A DNA stretch of 64,000 nucleotides, from positions 28,157-92,156 of IMG/VR virus record IMGVR_UViG_3300032303_001195; one strand, given 5' to 3'. Source of the DNA: a virus. Lineage: Duplodnaviria; Caudoviricetes. The notes under the pieces are model-generated. The model did not search any database. It was not told where the DNA came from and was given only the letters and a program-made list of their open reading frames with translations. Numbering within the stretch: position 1 is the stretch's first letter; every line of letters begins with the position of its first letter. Shown in pieces: positions 37,923 through 49,637 of this stretch. A program made the translations under genes and the position numbers.

Positions 37923-40900
37923 TGTTTAATAATAATGACTTGAAGACAGAGTTTAAAACTTCTTCTACTGTAGAAAGTAAGGCACAAGTTCTTGTTGAAT
38001 GGAATATGAATGTATCATCAAATATTGATGTCATAGGAAATTACCGCTACAGACCAACAATTGCTAATCCAACAGAGGCAAATTTTGGTGTACTAAAAAC
38101 AACTTTTGTAAAGGAAATAGAGTCTTCAAATCCAGCATATTACTATGGGGCTACACTATCTGATACAGTTATTGATGGAGGTTCTGAGTATGATGCCCAA
38201 ACTGATCAACCAGTACCCCTTGCTTTTACGTCAGTTAAAGAAAATGAAAAATTTCTATATTCGTTAGAAGACTGCTTTAATAGATTTAGACCAAGATCTG
38301 GAATTAATAAATTAAGATATTTTGATAATAGATATACTCATTATTTTAATGAACATTTAATAGAACGTCCAAGATACTATATTGCTGATAGACAAGATAA
38401 GTTTAAATACTGGACTTCTTATCGTCAAGATTCTGGGGTAGAGCGTGGAATATCATTTGTAAAAAGTAATAAAAACTATATCGATGATGCATCTCCTTTT
38501 GTTGTTTATAAAAATCAAATTCCTACAAATAGAATTGTGCTTAAAACACAAACAAATGTAGGAACATATGATATGGTTGGATTTTCAAATCTGTATGAAA
38601 CATTTGATGATCCATTTTTTGGAGATGAACATAAGACTACACCAGTAAGATGGAAGGTACAATATTTAACTTCTGACAATACGTGGACAGATGCCACAGC
38701 CTTTACCACTGATGTATTTGGTGCAGATGGATATGCTGAAATAGTTTATGGACTAAAGAAACCTACTGCATTATCAGAGTCATTGTCTAATGCTTATTAT
38801 TATGCTGGTAAGTCAACAGTTAAAGAGTTACCTTCTAGCCCTCCAATAGGATATGCATTTTTAATTAATGCTACAAGTGGTAATGCAGGAACAATTTATC
38901 TTTGGAACGGTAGCACATATCAACAATCTACAGCAACATATGGATGGTCTATTAAATCAGAATCTAATTTAGATATGACTGGAGTTGCTACTGAACTATT
39001 ATTAAGCAAATCAGAAAAATATAACTCAACTAATTATCGTGAATTTTGTTATATTAAGGGTATTCGTGTTGTTGTAGAAACAATGAATGTCAGAGATTGT
39101 ACATTTGATCTTATTGAGCTATCTCCAAGATTTTTACTAGATGCCTCAAAAATTACAGAATCTTTTACATTTACTAAAAGTATGTCAGATCTTGGACTAG
39201 ATGGCTTACCAGTAGGTCAATTAATTCCAGGTGCTGGTCAAATAACTATATTTGATACTGATGATGCTTTTAACATAAACAATGAAGATAGCATCATTGC
39301 TAATCATCTATTCTCTAAATTTCAAGTAAAGTTTTATGAAAAAGTTGTTTTAAATAATAATCAAGAAATTACGGTTCCACTTAAAACTTTATACTCAGAC
39401 CTTATGCCGCAACAAGATGCAGAGGATAGAAGTGTTGTCCTAGACCTTAAAGACCTAATGTTTTATTTTGATTCATTAACTGCACCACAACTAATGCTTG
39501 AAAATGTTTCTTTAAATACTGCAATCTCAATATTGCTAGACGCTATTGGTTTTTCTAATTATAAATTTAAAAAATTAGCTAAGGATATTGATCCAGTAAT
39601 TCCTCACTTTTTTGTTGGTCCAGATACAACAGTCTCACAGATTCTACAAGAGCTTGCAATTTCAACACAAAGTGCAATGTATTTTGATGAAGACAATAAC
39701 TTAATAATTGTGCATAAAAACTATATGTTGCCAACCAGTTCATCTGATAGAGCAACAGATATAACTTTGCTTGGAACACAAGAAAGAGAAAAAGATCATG
39801 CATACAAAAATAAATTAATTGATACTAATAATGTTAATCTTTCAAATATCATATCCGTTAATACTCATACAAATACTGTATATAATGGCGGAACAATTAG
39901 ATATGATAGAAGACACATTCAACGTTCTTATGCGTCAATTAAACAAGCTAGCGTGACTGATAAAGAAAAGAATTGGACCTATAAGCCAGCACTTCTTTGG
40001 GAAGTATCTGGAACAGAAGCCACAAAGTCTAAAAACAATGAAGCTGCAACACAGTCTTCTTATGTTCTCACTGCAATTCCTCTAGCAACAGACCTTTCTA
40101 GTAATTTGCCAACGGTAGTTAATGGTGTAATGACCAATAATATTATGGACCTAGGTCAAGGTATTCAAAATGTTGCACGTTATAATGGATACTTTTTTGC
40201 TAATGGAGAAATTATTAAATATGACGCAGTAGAGTTTAGTGTTGATCGTATTGGTAATGTATGGATTAGCAGCAATAACGAATATCAAAATTACTTTTCT
40301 AAGATTTCTTTTAATGGCAAGATTTACCCAACTGGTCGTGTAAGAATTTTTTCAGAGCCTCAATACTCTGTATCAAATGGTGTAGCCACAATAAAAAATG
40401 GTATAGCAAGTCGCCATGGTAGAGGTCAATTTAATACTACAGTGGTATCACATAAAGCAGGTCTAGCAGCACACTGGTCTAACAATGCAAATGTGCGTGG
40501 TATGCAAATGGATTCATATCGTTTATTTGGTAAACAAAAATCTTATCAAGCAGAAAATGTATACTCAAAAATTGTTGGGGATGGATTCTCTAAAACAATT
40601 CTTATGGTTCCAGATGCAAGTTTGATTAATGTTGGAGATACAGTTACTCTTGTCGCTGGAACAGGCAAGTTTGCAGAAAAAACAAGAGTCTCTTCTATAT
40701 CCTATTCAACTACTCAAGATACCCCAGATGAAGTGAAAATAAGCAAGAACGTTCTTGAAAGATTATATAAGACAGATCCAAATACGGATGAAGCATTTAA
40801 CAACATAGTTCTTTTTGATGATGTTGTATACACAACAAAAGGAAAGTCTGGATATAGTTCTTTAAACATAGCAAAATCAACACTGTCAAAAAGAAGTGGA

Positions 40901-42556
40901 ATTATTAAAAACTTCTTGAGCACAGAGTATCTTGATGAAAAAGAGCCAACAAAGCTAGTACCAGGAACTATTCAATCTTCTGCATTTGTATTTAAGGGTC
41001 CAGAGTTTTCAAATAATGATGGTATTAACTTTATATCTTATGTAACTAAAAAGATTAATGATGATAGACCACAAACTCCTAATAACTTTACTCATTTTGG
41101 AACAAGACTACGTATCATTGGAGATATTTTAGCAACAGACAAAGAGTCTGGAGATAGTAAACAAATCCCTCTTGGATCATCTAGATATTTTGAAACATTA
41201 GATAGCGTTAATACTAAAGTAGAGTTTCGTGGAGGATCTGCTGGCATTGCAATTCTAACAAATCCAGAAACAAATAGTGGATATTTTTTAGAGTTGATTG
41301 CATTGACAGAAAGCAATGTATCAAAATATTCAAATAATTCTAATATTAATAATTTAATTCTTTACAAAACTACTCGTCAAAAACAAGATGATACATTTGA
41401 GCCAACAGTTCTTGATTCCCAACCATCAGTACCAGTTAAACTTTGGGGTGGAATAACTTCCGTACTTGTTGATAATGGAAAGTTTACTGGTCAATATCGT
41501 CAGACTAATGAGCAAAATCCAACGGTATATGATATTGCTGTTGAGTATGAAGAGGTAGATGATAAGACAAGAAAGTTCTATGTATACCTTAATAGTAATC
41601 TTGTAGGAGTAGCAGTAGATACAGATAAGCTACCAGCATATGGTGGAACATCTTTGTTTGTTCGTGGATCTACAAAAGCAATGTTTGAAAATGTTTATGC
41701 TCTAGCAAAGAACTACAGTATTGATTCTACAACTGAACTAAATACTCCTGTTAATGCAGTATTTGGAGACACAGATATTACATTTAATGAAGCATTTAGA
41801 AAATATTCAATTTCTGGCTTGATTCAATCTGTATACTTGTCAAATATTGGAGCAAATACTGGTCCAAAATACAACATTTATTATGATGAATTTGGAACTA
41901 TTATGCGTGAAGCGGCATACTTCAATGTTAAATATGACAAAGCTTTTCCAGCACTATATGCAAAAATGTCACCAACTTTTAATGATATTAAGGGGTACAC
42001 AGTTTCTGGATTTATTGCAAGTGCATATAGTGCAGAATTTTTAATTTTTAATAATACAGATACCGTACTAAGCCTTGACGAAACTTCTGGAAACTATTTA
42101 AGAATTCAGGGTGTGACATTTACTCAGCAATCAGAGCATGACTTTACAATGGACGATTACTTTTCACAACTAAGCAGTCTTTCAGATATTAACTTTGGCT
42201 CCTCTGATCCATTGGAAAATGCAATTAATGCTAAACAAACATATCAAGATATTAAAAATAGTAGAATCTCTTATGGAAGAAATGATTTTTCTCTACAAGC
42301 TACGTATTTACAAACACAAGATCTAGCAGAAGAGATGATGGAATGGTTAGTGTCAAAAATTACCAAGCCAAGAAAGTCATTGGGTCTTGAAATATTTAGT
42401 ATGCCTCATATTCAATTAGGAGATGTTGTCAAGGTAGATTACTCGTTTGATGATATTGATCAAGTAAATCAAAGTCGATATGTAGTTTATAGCGTACAGT
42501 ATACTAGAGATATGTCTGGTCCAAATATGACGATATATTTAAGTGAGGTAACATAA
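37922..42556 (+). CDS. large tail tip/baseplate hub protein
   Basis: Synteny; ILQELA..YFDE and PHIQLGDVV motifs. Confidence 0.7.
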   Translation: MFNNNDLKTEFKTSSTVESKAQVLVEWNMNVSSNIDVIGNYRYRPTIANPTEANFGVLKTTFVKEIESSNPAYYYGATLSDTVIDGGSEYDAQTDQPVPLAFTSVKENEKFLYSLEDCFNRFRPRSGINKLRYFDNRYTHYFNEHLIERPRYYIADRQDKFKYWTSYRQDSGVERGISFVKSNKNYIDDASPFVVYKNQIPTNRIVLKTQTNVGTYDMVGFSNLYETFDDPFFGDEHKTTPVRWKVQYLTSDNTWTDATAFTTDVFGADGYAEIVYGLKKPTALSESLSNAYYYAGKSTVKELPSSPPIGYAFLINATSGNAGTIYLWNGSTYQQSTATYGWSIKSESNLDMTGVATELLLSKSEKYNSTNYREFCYIKGIRVVVETMNVRDCTFDLIELSPRFLLDASKITESFTFTKSMSDLGLDGLPVGQLIPGAGQITIFDTDDAFNINNEDSIIANHLFSKFQVKFYEKVVLNNNQEITVPLKTLYSDLMPQQDAEDRSVVLDLKDLMFYFDSLTAPQLMLENVSLNTAISILLDAIGFSNYKFKKLAKDIDPVIPHFFVGPDTTVSQILQELAISTQSAMYFDEDNNLIIVHKNYMLPTSSSDRATDITLLGTQEREKDHAYKNKLIDTNNVNLSNIISVNTHTNTVYNGGTIRYDRRHIQRSYASIKQASVTDKEKNWTYKPALLWEVSGTEATKSKNNEAATQSSYVLTAIPLATDLSSNLPTVVNGVMTNNIMDLGQGIQNVARYNGYFFANGEIIKYDAVEFSVDRIGNVWISSNNEYQNYFSKISFNGKIYPTGRVRIFSEPQYSVSNGVATIKNGIASRHGRGQFNTTVVSHKAGLAAHWSNNANVRGMQMDSYRLFGKQKSYQAENVYSKIVGDGFSKTILMVPDASLINVGDTVTLVAGTGKFAEKTRVSSISYSTTQDTPDEVKISKNVLERLYKTDPNTDEAFNNIVLFDDVVYTTKGKSGYSSLNIAKSTLSKRSGIIKNFLSTEYLDEKEPTKLVPGTIQSSAFVFKGPEFSNNDGINFISYVTKKINDDRPQTPNNFTHFGTRLRIIGDILATDKESGDSKQIPLGSSRYFETLDSVNTKVEFRGGSAGIAILTNPETNSGYFLELIALTESNVSKYSNNSNINNLILYKTTRQKQDDTFEPTVLDSQPSVPVKLWGGITSVLVDNGKFTGQYRQTNEQNPTVYDIAVEYEEVDDKTRKFYVYLNSNLVGVAVDTDKLPAYGGTSLFVRGSTKAMFENVYALAKNYSIDSTTELNTPVNAVFGDTDITFNEAFRKYSISGLIQSVYLSNIGANTGPKYNIYYDEFGTIMREAAYFNVKYDKAFPALYAKMSPTFNDIKGYTVSGFIASAYSAEFLIFNNTDTVLSLDETSGNYLRIQGVTFTQQSEHDFTMDDYFSQLSSLSDINFGSSDPLENAINAKQTYQDIKNSRISYGRNDFSLQATYLQTQDLAEEMMEWLVSKITKPRKSLGLEIFSMPHIQLGDVVKVDYSFDDIDQVNQSRYVVYSVQYTRDMSGPNMTIYLSEVT

Positions 42557-43587
42557 TGTCTAATTCAAAAGAAGGACGTAAAGCAAAAAAGAGCGTTTAT
42601 GATATTGTCCCAATACCTCTTTATATTCCAAAACCAACTCCAACAACAAAGCCCAGACAACCAGTAAAAATTGCTACGCCAGATTTACTTTTACCATTAA
42701 AAGAGTCTACTATCCCAGTAGAAACAATGGAGTCATTAATCTTTGAACAAATTGGTGGTCAAGAAATACTTGATGTGACTCGTACAGATTTAATGGGTGA
42801 TATTGATATTGAATATCAACCAGTGTCTAATCTAAAAGATATTTATCTAAATAATGAACAAACTAGTTTAACTGGTTTTGTAGATGAAGGAACCTCATAT
42901 TTTAATAGTTTCCCAGTTGACATAAATGATTATCTTGTTTATGAAAATACAATTTCCAATGTTTCATATGTTGTTACAAAAGATAATGTTATACCAATTA
43001 TAAATGCTGTTGGAGATGGAACATACGTAACATACGAAACCCCATATGCTCACGGTATATCTGAAGAAGATGTAGTATCAGTTAGAGGTTCATATCCAGA
43101 TAGTTTTAATCTTGAAAATGCAACTGTATTTGGAATTGTAGACAACACAAAGTTTATTTTGTCTAACAATACTACCCTAACCTTTCAAAGCTCAAACATC
43201 TCATATGTTGATCCAGTAACAGGAGAAATTGTTATTGAAGTAAACGATGTGCCATATGGATATAAACTAGAATTAGAGGTCTTGTATCCTAAAGATTCTT
43301 ATAATAGTTTGCTCCCAGAAGATGGTAACGCATTCCCGATAGATGCTATAACTAGTGTAAATAATATACAAATTTTTGGATCTCATAGTATTGTTGTAAA
43401 TAACTATGTAACTTTTTATAATGTTGAAAACCCAACATTTGACTTTTTAAATGGACAATTTTTCAGGGTAAAAAGTGTTAGTGGCAATATAATAAGCATT
43501 GATTCAACTAACTCTGGTACTGCAATAGATACAGATGCTCCAGGATCTATTGTTGGATATGTATCTAAAACTACTAAGCCACTTTAA
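42556..43587 (+). CDS. minor tail protein
   Basis: Synteny; T..AHG...D.V.V.G beta-barrel repeats. Confidence 0.6.
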   Translation: MSNSKEGRKAKKSVYDIVPIPLYIPKPTPTTKPRQPVKIATPDLLLPLKESTIPVETMESLIFEQIGGQEILDVTRTDLMGDIDIEYQPVSNLKDIYLNNEQTSLTGFVDEGTSYFNSFPVDINDYLVYENTISNVSYVVTKDNVIPIINAVGDGTYVTYETPYAHGISEEDVVSVRGSYPDSFNLENATVFGIVDNTKFILSNNTTLTFQSSNISYVDPVTGEIVIEVNDVPYGYKLELEVLYPKDSYNSLLPEDGNAFPIDAITSVNNIQIFGSHSIVVNNYVTFYNVENPTFDFLNGQFFRVKSVSGNIISIDSTNSGTAIDTDAPGSIVGYVSKTTKPL

Positions 43588-43612
43588 TGTTTAATGATAT
43601 ACTAGAATTGCA

Positions 43613-45106
43613 ATGATTACACAACTTGGACAATCTCTTATTGCAAGCTATCTAGCTGGCAAAGCTCCTACATATGCAACCCATATAGCTTTAGGCTGTG
43701 GTTCAAAACCAGGAATTTTTAGTTCATACAATACTCTTTTTTATAAAGATGAACTTGACTTTGAAATGTTTAGAGTACCAATTACCTCTAAGTCTCCAGG
43801 ATTAGACAATGATGGAATGTCAATTATTTCTTTGGGTGCAGATCTTCCAACCCAAAATACATACAACTTTACAGAAATTGGAATATTCTCTGGTGCTGAA
43901 AATCCTGCTGCAGGTTCAAACGGTAGCAAGGTATTGTTTTCATTTACGCAATCAGAAGCATGGCAATTCCATAGCGATCTAACAACTCCAGTAGTACAGA
44001 CAGCATTAAATAAACCAATTTTAGAATCGCTAGATAATGCTGCATCACCAACAAACACAATACGAAATCTTGAATCATTGGACCCAACAAACTATATTCC
44101 AGTAATTCAAACAAGTATCAATAATCCAATTTTTGCAAACACTGATAGAATGCAAAGATATGAAACTTGTAGATTTTTTAACACTGCAATAGCTATGCCT
44201 GGCGATACTGCAAATATTTTAAGTCAAAGTGGTACTCTTTCTGTATCTGATGTTGTGTTTGGTCAAACATACTCTGTTTCAAAAGGCAAGATTCAAGATG
44301 ATGGATCAAACAGTTTAGTAACAATTACTACATCAGAAAATAACAAAATTCTTCCTGGAGATTATGTAAAATTTGGCGGATTTGATAATGCTAGTTTTAC
44401 ATATTTAAATAGTGGTAAATATAAAATTAAGTCAGCTACAGACAATACCATTTCTTTTAATACTTCTAAAAAAACACCAGTTACAGAAGTAACTTTAACA
44501 TCTGATAGTGCAATTGTTTCTGTTGAAAAAATGTCTTCTCACCTTCATTTAAAAAATGATCAAACAATTAAAACTTTAGATGTAAATCAAGCAAATCAAG
44601 ATGATGAAATTCGTCTAGCTTTTTCTATAGTAAACAGAGTAGGAGCTAATACTTCAAATGCTGGAATTATAGAACAGCCATCTGCTGTAAAAATAATTGT
44701 TGAGTTTTCAACTAATGATTCTACAACAAATCGTCAAGTTGCAAAGATGAATATTGAACTAAATAACGGTCAAAATGGTATTGACTTTTCATTAAATAGA
44801 TATTTTGTTATATCTAAAAAAATGAGTGAGTTAGTTCGTAGCACATCATTTGCCTGGACTAATGTTAATGTTGTAAGAATTTATGGATGTGTTATTAATC
44901 AAGCTGGAGTACCAAGTAATGACTTCTATATATTTTTTGATGGCATGAGATTAGAAAATAAAACTGCTGTTTCACCACTATATGGTCTTTCTGGATACTC
45001 TGTTGTAAATTTTTCAAATCAAATGCCAGTAGAAAAATTAGCAAATACTAAAAACGCTGTTGAATTTCAGTTCCGTCTTAGTACAGTTGATCCAGGTGGT
45101 CCATAA
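43613..45106 (+). CDS. minor tail/baseplate protein
   Basis: MITQLG..IALGCG..EIGIF fibre-collar-like N-terminus. Confidence 0.6.
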   Translation: MITQLGQSLIASYLAGKAPTYATHIALGCGSKPGIFSSYNTLFYKDELDFEMFRVPITSKSPGLDNDGMSIISLGADLPTQNTYNFTEIGIFSGAENPAAGSNGSKVLFSFTQSEAWQFHSDLTTPVVQTALNKPILESLDNAASPTNTIRNLESLDPTNYIPVIQTSINNPIFANTDRMQRYETCRFFNTAIAMPGDTANILSQSGTLSVSDVVFGQTYSVSKGKIQDDGSNSLVTITTSENNKILPGDYVKFGGFDNASFTYLNSGKYKIKSATDNTISFNTSKKTPVTEVTLTSDSAIVSVEKMSSHLHLKNDQTIKTLDVNQANQDDEIRLAFSIVNRVGANTSNAGIIEQPSAVKIIVEFSTNDSTTNRQVAKMNIELNNGQNGIDFSLNRYFVISKKMSELVRSTSFAWTNVNVVRIYGCVINQAGVPSNDFYIFFDGMRLENKTAVSPLYGLSGYSVVNFSNQMPVEKLANTKNAVEFQFRLSTVDPGGP

Positions 45107-46740
45107 TGGCAAAATCTGTTAGACTAAGCCCATCAGAATTTACTAGTAAAAATAGTATTAAAAATGTTGAACTAGTAGATCTTAAGCGTTCAGTGCAATT
45201 GGCAAAAAGATCAATAACATCTAATCAAGTTTCTTTAAATACAACTAGTGCTCACAATTTTATTCAAAATAATGATGTAGTTATTGAAGGTATCCCAACA
45301 CTTGATTTGGGAAGTGCAATAAAAGTAAAAGTTCTAGCTGATGGATCTTTTCAATTAATTACTGGAACTCTTGCATCTATTGGACTTGTCAATCGTGATG
45401 TTGTTATCTTTAAAAGCGGTCCTCCAACTAATGCAACAGCCAATAGATCTTATTACATAAAAGTTTTAAATACAAATACTTTTGAACTTCATGATTCATT
45501 GCAATCAGTAGCAACTGCAACCTCTAGGATCAAATGTGTTGGTCCTACAACAACAATTTATTATTTGTATAAGGTTGTTGATGTTAATAGTCCTTATTAT
45601 GAATATGTCTCAAACCTAGCTTCCACAGGAAAAACATATAATTTTATAAAATTAAAACTTCAAAGTAATTTACTTACAGTTACTTTTCCTGTAAATACAA
45701 CAAAATTTTTTATTGAAGCTGATTCTGTTTTATTTTCAGGAATAACTAACCCTAGTTTTGTTTTTTTAAATTCAATCGACCCTAACTCACCTTTAAAAGT
45801 AAAGTCAATAACTGATACAACACTTACGTTTCAAATAACAAAAGCAAATATTGCAGAAGTTGCAGCAACAGGTATTGCTGAAAATAGAAGGGTTCATTCT
45901 AATGGAACTGAGAGTGAAGTTTTATCTGGTGCTGGCAAAAATGCTAATAAAAATGTTATTACTTATCAAACAGATGGACCTCACTTATTTAATATTGGAG
46001 ACAGTGTAACAATTTCTGGAACAAAAACAACTTCTGGTACTGGAGATACTTCTATTTTTAATTTGACTAATGCTGTAATTGTTTCTGTAAATTTTCTTAG
46101 AACTAACTTTACTGTAAATATTGCACCAGATACTAGGCTTGGTGGGGCTATAGGTGGTACTGCAAGGGTAGTTCGCAGAAAACCGTTTACAGTAACAAGT
46201 ATTCCAACGCCATATTCGTTTACGTATAACCTATTACAGCATCCACTAAACGCTGTTAGCACTATAGCAATTCAAAATAATGAAAACAAGTACGAAGGAT
46301 CAAGTGCAAAAATTTATTACACTTCACCAGATGCAAGATATTTTATTAGGTATACAACAGAGCTTCCACATAATTTAATTGCAGGAGACTTAATAAGTGT
46401 TTACGAAGTTACTCCAGCAAGATATAACTTTAAAAATAAAATAGTTACAAACAATAAAGAACTTGTAACTCAGCGTTCATTTTGTATAGATGTTACTTTT
46501 TCAGAATCATTAGAAAAAAATACTAATTTGTATTTAAAAAAGATACCAGTAGAGCCAACCGATTCAGACTATACCTATACAATCGGTGGGTTTATAAACT
46601 CTTTACGCTATTTTGTTAGATATAGATTAGTTTCAGATGATTCGAATCAAAAATCTAATTGGTCAAAAATTTTTCCAATTAGTAGTAGTTATCAAAACAT
46701 TGCAAATAATAATAATTTTGACGGAGGAAGTCTTGGTTGA
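45106..46740 (+). CDS. minor tail protein with repeated beta-barrel domains
   Basis: Repeated H.F..GD.V.I.G units. Confidence 0.6.
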   Translation: MAKSVRLSPSEFTSKNSIKNVELVDLKRSVQLAKRSITSNQVSLNTTSAHNFIQNNDVVIEGIPTLDLGSAIKVKVLADGSFQLITGTLASIGLVNRDVVIFKSGPPTNATANRSYYIKVLNTNTFELHDSLQSVATATSRIKCVGPTTTIYYLYKVVDVNSPYYEYVSNLASTGKTYNFIKLKLQSNLLTVTFPVNTTKFFIEADSVLFSGITNPSFVFLNSIDPNSPLKVKSITDTTLTFQITKANIAEVAATGIAENRRVHSNGTESEVLSGAGKNANKNVITYQTDGPHLFNIGDSVTISGTKTTSGTGDTSIFNLTNAVIVSVNFLRTNFTVNIAPDTRLGGAIGGTARVVRRKPFTVTSIPTPYSFTYNLLQHPLNAVSTIAIQNNENKYEGSSAKIYYTSPDARYFIRYTTELPHNLIAGDLISVYEVTPARYNFKNKIVTNNKELVTQRSFCIDVTFSESLEKNTNLYLKKIPVEPTDSDYTYTIGGFINSLRYFVRYRLVSDDSNQKSNWSKIFPISSSYQNIANNNNFDGGSLG

Positions 46741-48118
46741 TTCAAATATATTACAGATTAAAAGAGGTAGCTCTTCTTACTGGTTATCAGAAAATCCAAC
46801 ATTAGCAGATGGTGAACCAGGGTATGTTACAGATACAAATAAATTAAAAATTGGCGATGGCAAAACGTTCTGGAATCTTTTACCATATGTAAATCAACCA
46901 ATTGATAATTATATAATTAACGGTGGATTTGATATTTGGCAAAGAGGATCAGTATTCAATTCTCCATTTGTAGTAACTCCTGCTGAACTTAGTTTTCTTA
47001 ATGCTACAGTTTATCCAGGTGATTTTTGTGCAGACAGGTGGAGACTAGACTATAAAGAAGAAGACTTTACACCTATTACTATTACTAAAGAAAGGCTAGA
47101 TGTTGAATCTTTTCATCAATTAGGACCTAGTACAGAGTCTGGATATGAAGGACAAAATTATTTAAGATTTTTTGTTTTTGGAGTATATGAAGAAAATCCA
47201 ATTACAGATAGAATATTAATTCGTCAGCCAATTGAAGATGTAACAACATTTTCAAATCAACATGTAACAATGTCTTTTTATGCAAGAGCTGATGTTGATT
47301 CAGATATAGAAAATAATCAAAATAGAAATATTAAAATATCAATGGAACAGAATTTTGGTGCTACTAGATATGGTACGGTTCTTGGAGAAGGAGGAACTTT
47401 ATATGATCCACCAACAAGTTCACCAATAGAAACACAAAGAGTAGAGTTTGAATTAACCACAACATGGAAAAGATATGTTGCAACTTTCTTTTTACCAAGC
47501 ATAGATACTGCAATAATTAATGATTATAATACAACTTATATAAATGCAACAATTTTTTTTCCACAAGAAAATTTTGATACATCATATCAAATAGATATAT
47601 GGGGTGTCCAAGTTGAGGCATCTGACTCTCCATCATTATCATTTAAAAGAAACTCTAACACCCTGGCTCAAGAATTGGCTGCATGTCAAAGATATTTTTC
47701 TAAATCGCTTGATAAAAAAGAAAGTATTGAAGTAAGTGATTTAACAAAAACTTATAATACTAAAGTAGGTTCAATTTATATGAAAGCAAACGGTGCTGGA
47801 GATATATTTACTGTTTATTTTCCAGTTCAAATGAGGGCAGCACCATCTAGTGAAACAACATATAGAGGAGGGGCTTCTCGTTTACAAAATAGATTTAAGG
47901 TTTATCCATCTAAACAATTGTCAAATACAGGTCAGTCATTGATTACTCCAAATGAACCAGAAACTGGATTTGTTTACGATATTAGTGGGAATAAATTTTT
48001 ATTAGTTCAAGCTTATAATGCTGGAGATAAAAACTATTCTTTCCAATTACGAGAAGACCCATCAAGTCCAAACTCTCAAATTGGATTTTTTTGGATTGCA
48101 GATGCAGAGCTTTACTAG
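46733..48118 (+). CDS. tail fibre/receptor-binding protein with Mtd-N-like N-terminus
   Basis: QIKRG..W..ENPTLADGEPG..KLKIGDG; NYIINGGFDIWQRG; ELAACQRYF; TTG start after GGAGG. Confidence 0.75.
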   Translation: MVDSNILQIKRGSSSYWLSENPTLADGEPGYVTDTNKLKIGDGKTFWNLLPYVNQPIDNYIINGGFDIWQRGSVFNSPFVVTPAELSFLNATVYPGDFCADRWRLDYKEEDFTPITITKERLDVESFHQLGPSTESGYEGQNYLRFFVFGVYEENPITDRILIRQPIEDVTTFSNQHVTMSFYARADVDSDIENNQNRNIKISMEQNFGATRYGTVLGEGGTLYDPPTSSPIETQRVEFELTTTWKRYVATFFLPSIDTAIINDYNTTYINATIFFPQENFDTSYQIDIWGVQVEASDSPSLSFKRNSNTLAQELAACQRYFSKSLDKKESIEVSDLTKTYNTKVGSIYMKANGAGDIFTVYFPVQMRAAPSSETTYRGGASRLQNRFKVYPSKQLSNTGQSLITPNEPETGFVYDISGNKFLLVQAYNAGDKNYSFQLREDPSSPNSQIGFFWIADAELY

Positions 48119-48133
48119 TGCTATAATATAAGT

Positions 48134-48583
48134 ATGTCAAAAATTCCATTGCCTCAAAGAGGTCAGCCACTAGATATGTCTTATTTGTATACTATTGCAA
48201 AAGCAATAAATGATCTTTCTGATCAAGGTGCTGCAATGGCACAATCAAATAATTTTGTTATTACAGATAGACTTGGATCTAAGAAAAGCTCTAAAATTAT
48301 TGGTGGACAAATCTATGGTGATTATGTTACAATTTATGCAGCTGGAGCTACAAATAGTTCTAACGAAAGATCTCAAACAATTAACTTTAAGCCAGCTTTT
48401 GCTTCACCACCTATTGTAACTGCAACTGTTGTAAATACTAGTACAACAAGTACTGGAACAGACGTATCCTTAGTTGTTCAAAATGTAACATCAGACTCAT
48501 GCACAGTTGTTGTAAAGTTTGGATCTTCTGGTTTAGCATCAGTTGGTGTAAATATTATTGCAGTCGGATTCCCAACTAAATAA
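48134..48583 (+). CDS. H-type-lectin-like structural protein
   Basis: F.PAFASPPIVTAT..NVT...V..IAVG pattern. Confidence 0.55.
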   Translation: MSKIPLPQRGQPLDMSYLYTIAKAINDLSDQGAAMAQSNNFVITDRLGSKKSSKIIGGQIYGDYVTIYAAGATNSSNERSQTINFKPAFASPPIVTATVVNTSTTSTGTDVSLVVQNVTSDSCTVVVKFGSSGLASVGVNIIAVGFPTK

Positions 48584-49107
48584 TGATTAGCCTTGATGAA
48601 TATAATGATGCCCCAATAATAAGAGGTAGCAAAACTGTTTGGTTTTTAAACGGCGACCTCGTTCGTGTTCATCACCTTAGCCGTGCTAATGGAATTGTGT
48701 CTATTTATAATATTAATAAAGGACAAATAGAATCTTGCCTACTTTCTGATTTTAAAAAGGGAAGACAGAGAGCTTATACTGTAAAAGAAACAGCAAAGTT
48801 AGTAAATAGAAATCAAAAATATTTGCCAGACTTAATGAAGTCAGGGTTAATTCCTTTGCCAACAGGATCTTCAGTTGGAAAAGTACGTGGCTGGCAAATT
48901 AGATCTTATTACTCAGAATCCCAGGTACTTGAAATTCGTGATATACTTGCTAAACAAAATATTGGTAGACCTCGTAAAGATGGTTTGATTAATAATAATT
49001 CGACACCTACTAAACAGGAGTTGACACGACGTATGGGAGATGGTATCCTTACGTATACAAAGAATTCAGATGGAGAATTTATCCCTGTCTGGAGTGAAAC
49101 ACTATAA
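48583..49107 (+). CDS. MerR-like HTH DNA-binding protein
   Basis: YTVKETAKLVNR..GLIP..RSYYSESQV. Confidence 0.7.
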   Translation: MISLDEYNDAPIIRGSKTVWFLNGDLVRVHHLSRANGIVSIYNINKGQIESCLLSDFKKGRQRAYTVKETAKLVNRNQKYLPDLMKSGLIPLPTGSSVGKVRGWQIRSYYSESQVLEIRDILAKQNIGRPRKDGLINNNSTPTKQELTRRMGDGILTYTKNSDGEFIPVWSETL

Positions 49108-49122
49108 GTGGAAAGAGAGAAA

Positions 49123-49329
49123 ATGGAAAACGATAACACAAAGATTAATGTTACCCTTGGATATACGCTTAATCTTGGTAACTTTCAGTCACTACGTATT
49201 GATCTTGGTATTGTAGATTCAAAACGTGATGGTGAGAATATTGACGAGGCATTTAGTCGTGTCTACAGCTTTGTCGAAGACAAGCTCATTGCAAAAATTA
49301 ACGACGCAAAGAGTGAAGTAGACGAGTAA
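49123..49329 (+). CDS. conserved phage hypothetical protein (GYTLNLGNFQSLRID)
   Basis: ORF track; motif typical of phage replication regions. Confidence 0.75.
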   Translation: MENDNTKINVTLGYTLNLGNFQSLRIDLGIVDSKRDGENIDEAFSRVYSFVEDKLIAKINDAKSEVDE

Positions 49330-49637
49330 TGGCTGAACGCAAAGACCGTATGGCTTTGCTCAGTCGCTATTCTAAGCTACATACCGCACGGTATGAGCAA
49401 AGACCATCGTATAATATTAATGTCGAACAGTGGGCAGCAGATGCTCTCATTGAATCATATGGTATCTCACAGTGCTATGATCTGTTAGATTATTATTTTT
49501 ATGTTGCAGAATCTCCTACATGGAAGTTCTTTGCTAACTATACAGACAAGCTCGTTGATGCCAGAGAACAAGTAGAACAAGATAAGAGGGAACGTGAAGT
49601 TCGTCGCAAGCAAGCAAAGGAGTGGCTAGGTGAATAA
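49329..49637 (+). CDS. hypothetical protein (possible helicase loader)
   Basis: Coupled directly upstream of the helicase. Confidence 0.6.
   Translation: MAERKDRMALLSRYSKLHTARYEQRPSYNINVEQWAADALIESYGISQCYDLLDYYFYVAESPTWKFFANYTDKLVDAREQVEQDKREREVRRKQAKEWLGE

Noticed and set aside
16069-48118. Diversity-generating retroelement suggested by Mtd-N-like domains
   Set aside because: No reverse transcriptase or adenine-specific TR/VR pair was seen in the window; the N-terminal domain alone is a common fibre module.
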